64,000 nt of DNA from an uncultured Acidobacteriaceae bacterium. GTDB lineage: Bacteria > Acidobacteriota > Terriglobia > Terriglobales > Acidobacteriaceae. The translations under genes were made by a program, and so were the position numbers. The notes beneath the pieces were generated by a model. That model saw only the letters and a program-made list of their open reading frames with translations, searched no databases and had not been told where the DNA came from. Location of the stretch: the NCBI GenBank assembly GCA_964559875.1, contig CAZLJQ010000004.1, positions 5,820-69,819 on the forward strand. Reading direction: 5' to 3'. Positions 39,345-48,453 of this stretch are shown piece by piece. The number at the start of each line of letters is the position of its first letter. The stretch's first letter is position 1.

Positions 39345-40199
39345 ATGAATACACTGCGGCGAGGGTTCGTTCTCGGAGTCTTCTGCGCGGCATCGGCATT
39401 TTGTACGGCACAGCTGCGGATCTCGGTCCCGGTCGCAGCCGGAGCGGAAGTCACGTTGCAGGCACCCGGCTCGGGCAACACAACGCTTTACCTTTTCGGC
39501 CCCGGCGGTGCCAGCAAACGTTCCGTACAGCGTGGCGCGATCAAGCTCTCTAGCGACGAATTGAAGACAGCCGGACATTACACTGCAATTCTGGATGGCA
39601 GCAGCACATCGTTTTTCGTAATTGCCGCGTCTCTCGATAACGTCTCTTTTCTCGCTCATCCCTCGCGCGTTCCAACCAATACCGGTAGCGCGGTAACTGG
39701 CACGGCTTTTCTATTCGACCGCTTTCACAATCTTGTGCTCACGCCAACTCCAGTCAGCTTCCGGCTGGCTTTGGAGGAAACTTCCGGCGAGGAGCGCAGG
39801 GTAACCTCGAGGGATGGAGTTGCCTGGGTGCAGTTGAATTCAGGAAGACGCAGCGGCCCGGCGCGGTTCACTGCATCCTCCGGCGATTTGGAAGTGCGGC
39901 GAGTGGTCCAGCAGGTAGCGGCCGATCCTTGCTCTATTCGCATGAAGGCTGGGCACGCACCAGACGGCAACATCCTGGTGGAGACCGATCCCATTCGAGA
40001 CTGCTCCGGCAATGCCGTGCCTGACGGCACGATCGTTACATTCACATCGGTCGATGAGGCGGGACGCAGCACGGTGGATGCCCGCATCAAGCGCGGATTT
40101 GCGCGGGCTGAGCTACCCCCGTCTCACTCCGCTACGTTGACAGTGGCCGCCGGTGTTGTGCTGGGTAATGAAATCCACTGGGGAGGTGGCGAGCGATGA
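39345..40199 (+). CDS. Secreted protein with Ig-like (Big_1-like) repeats (hypothetical)
   Basis: AGGAGG RBS and signal peptide MNTLRRGFVLGVFCAASAFCTAQ. Segments such as DCSGNAVPDGTIVTFTSVDEAGRSTVDARIKRGFARAEL...ATLTVAAG fit bacterial Ig-like patterns. Confidence 0.55.
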   Translation: MNTLRRGFVLGVFCAASAFCTAQLRISVPVAAGAEVTLQAPGSGNTTLYLFGPGGASKRSVQRGAIKLSSDELKTAGHYTAILDGSSTSFFVIAASLDNVSFLAHPSRVPTNTGSAVTGTAFLFDRFHNLVLTPTPVSFRLALEETSGEERRVTSRDGVAWVQLNSGRRSGPARFTASSGDLEVRRVVQQVAADPCSIRMKAGHAPDGNILVETDPIRDCSGNAVPDGTIVTFTSVDEAGRSTVDARIKRGFARAELPPSHSATLTVAAGVVLGNEIHWGGGER

Positions 40200-40744
40200 A
40201 CCGCGTCCACGACTTCGCCCGCCGAAGCGGTATCTGGCTCGCCATGATTGGCTTGATCATTCTGTTCGTTCTTGCATCGATTCCGCCCTCGATGCTGGCC
40301 GCCGGGCCTCGGCTCTTACAATCCTTTGATGTATCTTCATCCGCGCCACGTGCGGTCGAACCTACTACTGCTCTCGCTATTCAGCGCGATTACGTTCACG
40401 CATGGCAATCGTTGGCCTCAGCTCTGGAAGAGAACCGCTCCGATCTGCTCGGCGAGGATTTCATTGGCGGGGCCCAGCAGCAGTGGCAGGAGGCAATTCG
40501 AGCCCAGCAGCAGAACGGTCTTAGCCGGCGCATCGTCGATCATGGACACCACGTGCGGGTCAGCTTCTACTCTCCGGATGGGTCCTCTCTTGAGGCCCTT
40601 GATACCGCCGACCTGGAGATTGAGTATCGCGAAGGCAGCCGGGTTCTATCCACTGAACACGTGCAGGCCCATTATATGGTTTTGTTTACTCCGGCAGAGA
40701 ATAGTTGGAAGGTTCGAATCCTGCAGGAACTCCCCCCGAGCTAA
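40196..40744 (+). CDS. Membrane-anchored NTF2-like protein (hypothetical)
   Basis: ATGA overlap with the upstream gene and a TM anchor (IWLAMIGLIILFVLASI). The C-terminus ...MVLFTPAENSWKVRILQ parallels ...VVREDNSWKVLWPV in the 38238 gene. Confidence 0.55.
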   Translation: MNRVHDFARRSGIWLAMIGLIILFVLASIPPSMLAAGPRLLQSFDVSSSAPRAVEPTTALAIQRDYVHAWQSLASALEENRSDLLGEDFIGGAQQQWQEAIRAQQQNGLSRRIVDHGHHVRVSFYSPDGSSLEALDTADLEIEYREGSRVLSTEHVQAHYMVLFTPAENSWKVRILQELPPS

Positions 40745-40885
40745 ATTCGCGCGGAGTGCCTGAACCAGGCAAGATTCGCAATGTGGAAGCCGACCCTACC
40801 CAACCTGTGCTGTTTCTTAGCCTAGAATAGAATAATGCTTCGGTGGTAGGCCTCAGCGCATCAAAGTACCACTGGCTTGGTGAAC

Positions 40886-43027
40886 ATGAAAATTCCAACT
40901 AGCTCGCTCGTTCTCGCCCTCCTTGTAGCTTCGGTGGCCGCATTCGCTCAGCAACCTGCGAGCGCTCCTGCGCAGGCTCAGCCGGCAAAGGTTCCGGCAA
41001 GTGCGGCCTCGCAGGCGGCACCGTCGAATGCTTCCGCCAAGAACTCACCTGCGGTGGATTCGTCAGTTCCGAACCGCGCCGATGCGTACTATCACTTCCA
41101 ACTCGGACACATTTACGAGGAGATGGTAGCTGTCACTGGGCGCGCTGAATTCGCCTCTAAAGCCGTGGATGAGTACAAGGCCGCGTTGAAGGCCGATCCG
41201 TCGTCCGCCTATCTGGCCTCTTCGCTAGCTGAGCTCTATGCGCGCACGGGAGATGTCCGCGAAGCCGTTGTGCAGGCGCAGGACGTCATCGATCGCGACC
41301 CCGACAACCTGGATGCCCGTCGGCTGCTGGGCCGCATTTATCTCCGCTCCATCGGTGACATGCAGGGAGGCACGAAGGATGATAGCGAGAAAATCCTCCA
41401 CCTCGCCATCGAGCAGTATGAACAAATTGTGCGCCTGGACCCGAGGAGTATTGAGGATCACCTCCTGCTGGGCCGCCTCTATCGTCTGAACAGCGAAACG
41501 GCCAAGGCCGAAGCCGAGTTCCGCACCGCCGTCAAGCTGCAGCCCTCGTCGGAAGACGCGGTTACCACGCTGGCGCTGCTCTATAACGAAGAGGGTGACG
41601 CCGGTCGCGCTTTGGTAATTCTGCAATCGGTGCCCGAAGCGGACCGCACGCCGCGCATCGATTCGGTGCTCGGATACACCTACGAGCAGAAAAAGGATTA
41701 CGCCCACGCCATTGATGCCTACCGCAAAGCCGTCGATCTCGATAAGGACAACCTCGACGCAGTGCGCGGACTGGCGCAAAATCTTCTCAACGATAACCAG
41801 GTTGACGCAGCGCTGGAGCAGTACAAGGCAATTGCCGAAGCCGATCCGCAGGACGCCCAGACCCTGCTGCACATCTCGGAGATTTACCGCCGTAATGGGC
41901 AGTTCGACAAGGCCCTGGAGACGCTGGATAAAGCTCAAACGGTTGTTCAGGATTCAATGGAAATCGAGTACAACCGGGCCGTCATTGAAGAGGCGATGGG
42001 TAAGTATGACGACGCCACAAAACAGCTCGATCAGCTGCTGGAGCGCACGGAGAAACCAAACGGTGCGTACTCGACCTTTGAGCGCAACAATCGCGCCATC
42101 TTCCTTGAGCGGCTCGGTACCGTGTATCGCGACCAGAATAAGACGCAGTTAGCGGTCGACACGTTCCGCAAGATGGTCCCCCTCGGCGACGACTCGGCAG
42201 CGCGCGCTTATCAGCAGATTATCGAGACCTATCGTGACGCCAAGAACTGGCCGGGAGCTACGGCTACAGCAAAAGAGGCGGTTGCAAAACTTCCCAACGA
42301 CCGGGGACTGCAAATGGTGCTCGCCGGACAGGAAGCCGACAGCGGCCAGGCTGATGCAGCAATCGCACGCGTCAAGGCGATGCTCAAGGGCAATCCCTCG
42401 GATGACCGCGAGGTCTGGATCGCACTGGCCCAGATGTACAGCCGCCTGCGCCGTTATCCGGAGGCGGAAAATGCCTTGGCAAAGGCATTGGAGTATTCCA
42501 CCAAGCAGGACGAGAAGGATTATGTCAACTTTATCGCCGGCTCGGTTTACGAACGCCAGAAGAAGTATGACGAGGCCGAGAGCTACTTCCGGAAGGTGCT
42601 TGCCTCCGATCCGAAGAGCGCAACCGCCCTCAACTACCTGGGCTACATGCTGGCAGACCGCGGAACCCGTCTCAATGAGGCGCTCGCGCTGATTCGGCGT
42701 GCGGTCACGCTCGACCCACAGAATGGCGCATATCTTGATTCGCTGGGCTGGGCTTATTTCAAGATGGGAAGATACGATCAGGCCGAAATTGAATTGCGTA
42801 AGGCCGTGGATCGCATGGACAACGACCCAACGGTACATGAGCACCTGGGCGACGTCTACCAGAAGACTAATCGCCTCCGACTCGCCGCTACCCAGTGGGA
42901 GCGATCGTTGCAGGAGTGGAAGAAGACGACGCCCGCCGAGGTTGAAGCTGCCGACGTAGCCAAAGTGCAGAAGAAATTGGATGGCGCAAAAGTGAAGCTC
43001 GCCAGGGAAGAGAGCGCCGCAAAATAG
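40886..43027 (+). CDS. Secreted TPR-repeat protein
   Basis: Signal peptide MKIPTSSLVLALLVASVAAFAQQ followed by TPR units throughout (for example ADAYYHFQLGHIYEEM and ALNYLGYMLADRGTRLNEALALIRRAVTLDPQNGAYLDSLGWAYFKMGRYDQAE). Confidence 0.8.
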   Translation: MKIPTSSLVLALLVASVAAFAQQPASAPAQAQPAKVPASAASQAAPSNASAKNSPAVDSSVPNRADAYYHFQLGHIYEEMVAVTGRAEFASKAVDEYKAALKADPSSAYLASSLAELYARTGDVREAVVQAQDVIDRDPDNLDARRLLGRIYLRSIGDMQGGTKDDSEKILHLAIEQYEQIVRLDPRSIEDHLLLGRLYRLNSETAKAEAEFRTAVKLQPSSEDAVTTLALLYNEEGDAGRALVILQSVPEADRTPRIDSVLGYTYEQKKDYAHAIDAYRKAVDLDKDNLDAVRGLAQNLLNDNQVDAALEQYKAIAEADPQDAQTLLHISEIYRRNGQFDKALETLDKAQTVVQDSMEIEYNRAVIEEAMGKYDDATKQLDQLLERTEKPNGAYSTFERNNRAIFLERLGTVYRDQNKTQLAVDTFRKMVPLGDDSAARAYQQIIETYRDAKNWPGATATAKEAVAKLPNDRGLQMVLAGQEADSGQADAAIARVKAMLKGNPSDDREVWIALAQMYSRLRRYPEAENALAKALEYSTKQDEKDYVNFIAGSVYERQKKYDEAESYFRKVLASDPKSATALNYLGYMLADRGTRLNEALALIRRAVTLDPQNGAYLDSLGWAYFKMGRYDQAEIELRKAVDRMDNDPTVHEHLGDVYQKTNRLRLAATQWERSLQEWKKTTPAEVEAADVAKVQKKLDGAKVKLAREESAAK

Positions 43028-43047
43028 GCTTGGCAACGTAGCTATTG

Positions 43048-43085
43048 AGCCGCCGGACGTAGCGATCCGGCGGCTTTCGTTTCTT
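43048..43085 (+). terminator. Intrinsic terminator after the TPR gene
   Basis: AGCCGCCGGA-CGTAGCGA-TCCGGCGGCT (perfect 10-bp stem) followed by TTCGTTTCTT. Confidence 0.75.
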
Positions 43086-43148
43086 CGCAACCCAGTGGTT
43101 TTTCCGAAGCGGCCAGAGTGGCGCCGCGCGAGGTGCTACACTTCCCCC

Positions 43149-44276
43149 ATGCTGGCTTCTTACGCAGTACGAGTTGAGTCTTCTCTCGGCCGCCGGTATC
43201 CTGAACCACCGCACCCGTATCGCGACGACTTCCAGCGCGATCGCGACCGCGTGATCCATGCCCGTGCCTTTCGCCGTCTGGAGAACAAGACGCAGGTCTT
43301 CACCCGGCGGCTCTCGGATCACTTCCGCACCCGGCTCACCCACACCATCGAGGTCGCGCAAATCTCGCGCACCATTGCCGCCGCTCTGCAGTTGAATGAA
43401 ACCTTGGTCGAAACCTTGGCCTTGGTACATGACATCGGTCATCCCCCATTCGGGCATTCCGGCGAGCTTGCCCTGCATCTGGCGATGCGCAAACACGGCG
43501 AGAGCTTCGACCACAACCTGCACGCGCTACGCATCGTCGAGCACTTTGAGCAGCGTTACGCATCGCATCCCGGCCTCAATCTCACCTTCGAGGTTCGCGA
43601 AGGAATCATCAAGCACTCGCACGACTACGCGCTCGCCGATTACCCTGAGCTGGCTGAATATCTACTCGACCGGCGTCCGCCGCTGGAAGCCCAACTGATC
43701 GACCATACCGACGAGATTGCCTACAACACTGCGGATCTGGACGATGGCTATGAGGCGCGGCTGCTCAAACTCGATGACATACGCCGTGGGGTTGCAATAT
43801 TCGACCGTTATTACCGCGAAGTTGAGCGGGAGTTCACGGCCGTGCGCGAGAAGCTCAAATTCAACGAGGCGCTGAAACGCATGTTGAACCACCTTGTCAC
43901 CGACCTGATCGAAAATACCCGCCTTCGGATAGAGAAGTCCGGCGTGCGGACGGTCGACGAGATCCGGCACTGTCCCGAGCGTCTCGCGACTTTCAGTCCT
44001 GCCACGGACGCCGAGCGCGCACAGGCAAAACACTTCCTCAATGAGAATCTCTACCACAGTGAGTCGCTGCGTCCGCAGAAGGCCGATGGGGAAAAGATTG
44101 TGCGCGAACTTTTCGGCTACTGGATCGAGCACCCCGCCAGTCTGCCCGCCAGCTACCAGCGCCAGATGGAATCCGAGAGCCCGGCCCGTGTGATCTGCGA
44201 CTACATCGCCGGCATGACCGACAACTACATCTTGGACCTGCATCGCAAACTGTTCGTGCAAGCCTTGACAAAGTAA
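43149..44276 (+). CDS. dgt: dGTP triphosphohydrolase-like HD-domain protein
   Basis: FQRDRDRVIHARAFRRLENKTQVF, RLTHTIEVAQISR and LVHDIGHPPFGH are the Dgt-family HD motifs. Confidence 0.85.
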   Translation: MLASYAVRVESSLGRRYPEPPHPYRDDFQRDRDRVIHARAFRRLENKTQVFTRRLSDHFRTRLTHTIEVAQISRTIAAALQLNETLVETLALVHDIGHPPFGHSGELALHLAMRKHGESFDHNLHALRIVEHFEQRYASHPGLNLTFEVREGIIKHSHDYALADYPELAEYLLDRRPPLEAQLIDHTDEIAYNTADLDDGYEARLLKLDDIRRGVAIFDRYYREVEREFTAVREKLKFNEALKRMLNHLVTDLIENTRLRIEKSGVRTVDEIRHCPERLATFSPATDAERAQAKHFLNENLYHSESLRPQKADGEKIVRELFGYWIEHPASLPASYQRQMESESPARVICDYIAGMTDNYILDLHRKLFVQALTK

Positions 44277-44506
44277 CCTCAGGCACCTATAGCCGAGAGT
44301 TGCGCTCCTTCCACCCTGTAATTCCTACCTAACAAGCCCATTCCTACCGCTCAGCTTTTTCACTCCGTTTTTCGGTTCCTATTGAGCATAAGGGACTTAC
44401 GCGAATTTCGAGTTTGGCATCTGAACTGTACTGTAAGACGGCATGGCGCCGCCGCGATGAGCGGTACGCAGCCTGAGAAGCGGGCTACTCCCGCCGGAGG
44501 TATGTA

Positions 44507-45385
44507 ATGAAATTTCGTTCCCTGTATGCCTTGTCCCTGATTGCCGCGCTATCTTTCCCCGCCTTGGCGCAACAAGATAGCAGCGCGCCGGTTCAGCAGC
44601 CCACCGCTCAGGCACAGACATCCGCCGACGCCAACTCGCCAATGTCTAACCCCGACAAACAGCTAGAGCCGCTCCAGCCTGACACCCACGAAGGGTTTTG
44701 GGGACACCTGAATCCGTTTGCCCGCAAGAAGTACGTGCAACGCCAGATGGCTCCAATTCGTGATCGCGCCAATGAACTCGATGAACTGACGGCCAACAAT
44801 TCGCGGATGTTGAAGGACGTTGACGCGCGCGCCACTGCCGGTATCCAGCGCGCCGACGCACACGCCACCCTCGCCGATCAGCATGCAGTGGATGCCGCGA
44901 ACCGTGCCCAGATGGCCAACCAGACCGCCCAACAGGCCACCTCTCAACTACACTCCGTCTCGCAGGTGGTGCAGAACCTGGACCAGTATCAGAGCGCCAG
45001 CCAGATTGAAATTCGCTTCCGTCCGGGCGCCGCAACGCTCAGCAAGAACGCCAAGGACGCACTTGACCAGCTTGCCGAAACGATGAAAGACCAGAAGGGA
45101 TATCTGGTAGAGATTCAGGGCTTTTCGCCTGGCCGCGGCGGCGCCTCCATCCAGCAATCGCAGCATTTGGCCGACTCGGTGGTGCGTTACCTGGTCATCA
45201 ATCACCAGATCCCGGTCTATCGCATTTATGAGCTTGGCTTGGGCAATGCCCAGGTGCAGGCTGCCTCCGACGAACAGACAGCCAAGCCCTCACGTGGCAG
45301 CCGGGTCGAGGTCACGCTGCTGAAGAACGGCCTCGGTGATTTGCAGGCTACCCAGCAGGCTCCTGCGATGTCTCAACCCCAGTAG
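44507..45385 (+). CDS. OmpA-family protein with an N-terminal coiled-coil
   Basis: GGAGG RBS and signal peptide (LIAALSFPALAQQ). OmpA_C-like end: IRFRPGAATLSKNAKDALDQLAETMK...YLVEIQGF...SQHLADSVVRYLV...SRGSRVEVTLL. Confidence 0.8.
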   Translation: MKFRSLYALSLIAALSFPALAQQDSSAPVQQPTAQAQTSADANSPMSNPDKQLEPLQPDTHEGFWGHLNPFARKKYVQRQMAPIRDRANELDELTANNSRMLKDVDARATAGIQRADAHATLADQHAVDAANRAQMANQTAQQATSQLHSVSQVVQNLDQYQSASQIEIRFRPGAATLSKNAKDALDQLAETMKDQKGYLVEIQGFSPGRGGASIQQSQHLADSVVRYLVINHQIPVYRIYELGLGNAQVQAASDEQTAKPSRGSRVEVTLLKNGLGDLQATQQAPAMSQPQ

Positions 45386-45407
45386 ATCGAATGTCGTGCA
45401 GAGCGGA

Positions 45408-45438
45408 GGCGCGGGCCAACCAGCCCGCGCCTTTTGCT
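45408..45438 (+). terminator. Intrinsic terminator after the OmpA-family gene
   Basis: GGCGCGGGC-CAACCA-GCCCGCGCC (perfect 9-bp stem) followed by TTTTGCT. Confidence 0.75.
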
Positions 45439-45496
45439 CGCTCGCTCATCGCCAGACGAGCATCTCTGCGACTTTCATGCTATCTTTTCCCAACCG

Positions 45497-46051
45497 ATGC
45501 TATTCACCGAGCCATCCGAATTCTTCTTCACCACCGGCTACGACTCTCCGATCGGCCATCTCGAACTTGCCATGAGCGAGCGAGGCTTGACCGTGCTTGC
45601 CTTCGAGGGAAGATGGATGGCGCCACGTGGCACCGAGGGCGCTCGCTGGATTGAGGAGCCAAATCGTTTTGGCGATGTTACGCGCCAGCTGGATGAATAC
45701 TTTTCCGGAACCCGGCGCTCATTTGATTTGCCACTTGATTTGCGTGGCCCGGCCTTTCACCAGCGTTGCTGGCAGGCTTTGTTGCGAATCCCCTACGGCC
45801 AGACGTGGTCTTACGCGCAGCTTGCATCCGAAGTCGGCTCGCCACTTGCATCTCGTGCCGTGGGCCAGGCGAACCATCACAATCCGGTCGCCATCATCGT
45901 TCCCTGCCATCGGGTCATCGCTTCAAATGGCACTCTGGCCGGCTTTGGCGGAGGCCTTGCTGCCAAGGAGTTCCTACTGAACCTCGAAGGCGCCCACTTC
46001 CGCGGATCTCCCCCGGAGCAGCGCAAATTGTTTGGTGAGTTCGCCGTTTAG
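45497..46051 (+). CDS. ogt: Methylated-DNA--protein-cysteine methyltransferase
   Basis: Active site NPVAIIVPCHRVI and the helix-turn-wing IPYGQTWSYAQLA. Confidence 0.85.
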   Translation: MLFTEPSEFFFTTGYDSPIGHLELAMSERGLTVLAFEGRWMAPRGTEGARWIEEPNRFGDVTRQLDEYFSGTRRSFDLPLDLRGPAFHQRCWQALLRIPYGQTWSYAQLASEVGSPLASRAVGQANHHNPVAIIVPCHRVIASNGTLAGFGGGLAAKEFLLNLEGAHFRGSPPEQRKLFGEFAV

Positions 46052-46104
46052 CCGCCGCACACAACAAAACTCTTAGGCCGGAGTTCGCGAACAGAAAGCA
46101 GCTT

Positions 46105-46734
46105 CTATCGCGATGACATGCTGGGCACGACCTCGATGCGATCCACCAGCTTGCGATTCCAGGCGTAACTCTGTGCCAAGCGCTCTGCCTGCAATCGCTC
46201 CTCGGTCCCATTGGCCTTCCCAGCTAAAGTTACCTCGACATCGCTTACGTTTATCTGAATGGTCGAGCGTGCCAGCTTCGGGTCGCGAGCCAGAGCACTG
46301 GAGATTTCGCTCTGCAAGGTGAGGGCATCTCGCGTATCGGCCATAGCCCATGCAGGGCGGGCAGGAAGCTTCTGTGGAGCAGGCATTGCCTCTGGAGCTT
46401 CACCTTTTGCCGTTGTCTGAGTAGGCGGAGCCGACGGTATCACCTGTGTGGATGGCGCTGGCTTTGCCGCAACCTGCGTGGTCGGAGTCTTTCTCGCCCG
46501 CTTAGGGGCCATGCTGCGAGACTGATCTTCGGATTTCGCTGCAGATTGCGTTGCGGACTTCGCGACCTTGGCCGGCTTGGAGGCGACCACTCCTGTCTCC
46601 ACCGCTGCTGGATGCGGTAGACGACGAGCGGGTGATGCTCGCCCATTCGTCGGCTCAATCACAATCTCCTGCGCAATCGCCCTTACGGCAATCAGGCCCA
46701 CCGCCAAAATCAACAGCCAAGGTTGTTTGCGCAT
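46105..46734 (-). CDS. Secreted BON-domain protein
   Basis: Signal peptide (LLILAVGLIAVRAIAQE), a Pro/Ala/Lys-rich linker and a C-terminal BON pattern (LQSEISSALARDPKLARSTIQINVSDVEVTLAGKANGTEERLQAERLAQSY). Confidence 0.75.
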   Translation of the reverse strand: MRKQPWLLILAVGLIAVRAIAQEIVIEPTNGRASPARRLPHPAAVETGVVASKPAKVAKSATQSAAKSEDQSRSMAPKRARKTPTTQVAAKPAPSTQVIPSAPPTQTTAKGEAPEAMPAPQKLPARPAWAMADTRDALTLQSEISSALARDPKLARSTIQINVSDVEVTLAGKANGTEERLQAERLAQSYAWNRKLVDRIEVVPSMSSR

Positions 46735-46972
46735 GAATCGCCCCCGCAGCAGGTGGCCATCGCTGGCCGTGCCACACTTTTGCTCTTTGTGTGAGATGCC
46801 GGATACGGCGCTCTCGCTGCCCTGTTAGACAATCACTCGCATCATGCCGGGCTGAATCCTTGTCACTCACCTTGCGGATACATTCCCCAATGCAGTACTC
46901 AAGAGGCGCCGCAATGAAGAGGTTTTACCACGCGTCTTGATGCCGATGGCTGCGCCGCCGTAAACTCCATCC

Positions 46973-48001
46973 ATGCATTCCCATGCCGGACCATCCCATG
47001 GACACGTTCATCCGGTGCTTACCGCCAGGATGTTGCGTCTTGCCCTGGGATTCACGCTGGCTTATATTGCTTTGTTGGTGGTTGCGGGATTCCGGGCACA
47101 CAGCCTGGCGCTGCTCTCAGAGGCCGGACACAATGTTTCCGACTTCTTTGCCCTCTTACTCTCCTGGGTCGCCGCTTTCTTCAGCGAGCGGCCTGCCACC
47201 AGCACCAAGACCTACGGATGGAGGCGCGCCGGTGTCCTGGCAGCCTTCGTCAATGCCATAGGTCTTATCGTCGTTGCCTTTCTTATTCTCTACTCGGCCA
47301 TCCAACGCCTCTATCATCCAGAGCCCGTACAATCCGGACTGATGATGTGGGTTGCCGGCGCTGGCGTACTGCTGAATGGCGCCATTACCCTGCTGCTGCT
47401 TCGCGGCGCCCGGGACTTGAACCTGCGGTCAGTGCTTGTCCACGAGATTGGCGACACCCTCTCGACGGCTGCGGTTATCGCCGGTGCATGGGCCATTGCC
47501 GTCACCGGCCATAACTGGATCGATCCCGCGCTCTCCATCGCGATCTCTGCGATGGTGCTGTGGTCATCGACTGGAATTGTGCGCGAGAGCCTGAACATCC
47601 TTCTGGAAGGTGCTCCCAGCAGCATGGAGTTGCAAACCATCGACGCCGACCTGCGCGCTGTGCCCGGCGTCCTCGACGTGCATGATCTTCACATCTGGAG
47701 CATCGGCAGCGACACACACGCGCTTTCGTCGCACATCACTATTGCCGATATTCCGCCCTCAGCCAGCAATGTCATACTCGACGAGTTGCGCCATATGCTG
47801 GCTGGCCGCCACCATATCCATCACACCACCATTCAGTTTGAGAGTGCCGACTGCGACCTGGCACATGGCTGCATTATGCCTGTGCCTCACGAGCACCATC
47901 ACGATGTTTCTCATCTTCCAGCGCCCGCAGCCGGAGCGGCGTCTGTTGCCGCGTACCCGGCTGAGAAGCCAGCGAACCCGCAACCGGGAAGCACGGAGTA
48001 A
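46973..48001 (+). CDS. Cation diffusion facilitator (Zn/Co/Cd efflux) transporter
   Basis: His-rich N-terminus (MHSHAGPSHGHVH), TM2 HSLALLSEAGHNVSD and TM5 HEIGDTL (the HD-HD metal site), and a C-terminal cytoplasmic domain with a His-rich tail (PHEHHHD). Confidence 0.85.
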   Translation: MHSHAGPSHGHVHPVLTARMLRLALGFTLAYIALLVVAGFRAHSLALLSEAGHNVSDFFALLLSWVAAFFSERPATSTKTYGWRRAGVLAAFVNAIGLIVVAFLILYSAIQRLYHPEPVQSGLMMWVAGAGVLLNGAITLLLLRGARDLNLRSVLVHEIGDTLSTAAVIAGAWAIAVTGHNWIDPALSIAISAMVLWSSTGIVRESLNILLEGAPSSMELQTIDADLRAVPGVLDVHDLHIWSIGSDTHALSSHITIADIPPSASNVILDELRHMLAGRHHIHHTTIQFESADCDLAHGCIMPVPHEHHHDVSHLPAPAAGAASVAAYPAEKPANPQPGSTE

Positions 48002-48013
48002 GGAACTCTGTCC

Positions 48014-48445
48014 ATGCGTTTTCGACTTGTTGTTATCGTCGCCATCGCCGCCATAGCGTACTTTGCCTTTAACAAGTTCAGACCCCAACCTTCGGAGCTT
48101 CCACCTGCTCCGGCTGCGCTTATCAACAGCACACGTGACCGGCTCACGCCTTTCCGTTTCAACCTCACGACCGATCCTGCATCGCCCAGCGCTAACAGCT
48201 CAGTCCTGCTCAAGGTTCACGTGATTGACGGTGCGAATCAGCCAGCTGATGGTGTCACACTCTCGGCGGATGTTTCGATGATTGGCGGAGGCAGTATGCA
48301 ACATCTGACCCTGGATGGCAACGGGGACGGCGATTACGAAGGACGAGTAAACCTGGATGCGGCGGGAAGCTGGGACGTGGACCTGACTGCGTCCAAGGAT
48401 GGTAAGAGCCGTCAGCAGCGGCTTAACATCGTGGTTGGCGGATAG
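48014..48445 (+). CDS. FixH/YtkA-like domain protein, paralog 1
   Basis: TM anchor followed by a beta-sandwich segment (LLKVHVIDGANQPADGVTLSADVSM...GNGDGDYEGRVNLDAAGSWDVDLTASKDG). Confidence 0.6.
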   Translation: MRFRLVVIVAIAAIAYFAFNKFRPQPSELPPAPAALINSTRDRLTPFRFNLTTDPASPSANSSVLLKVHVIDGANQPADGVTLSADVSMIGGGSMQHLTLDGNGDGDYEGRVNLDAAGSWDVDLTASKDGKSRQQRLNIVVGG

Positions 48446-48453
48446 GCTTTCCC

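Noticed and set aside
42149-43523. Minus-strand ORFs 42149..43090 and 42888..43523
   Set aside because: They are antisense to the TPR gene and dgt and span a strong plus-strand terminator. No motifs were recognised.
43149-44276. dGTPase as a possible anti-phage dNTP-depletion defence gene
   Set aside because: It is a stand-alone Dgt-family gene between housekeeping and envelope genes, with no neighbouring defence or mobile genes. The sequence alone cannot separate housekeeping from defensive Dgt, so I make no claim.
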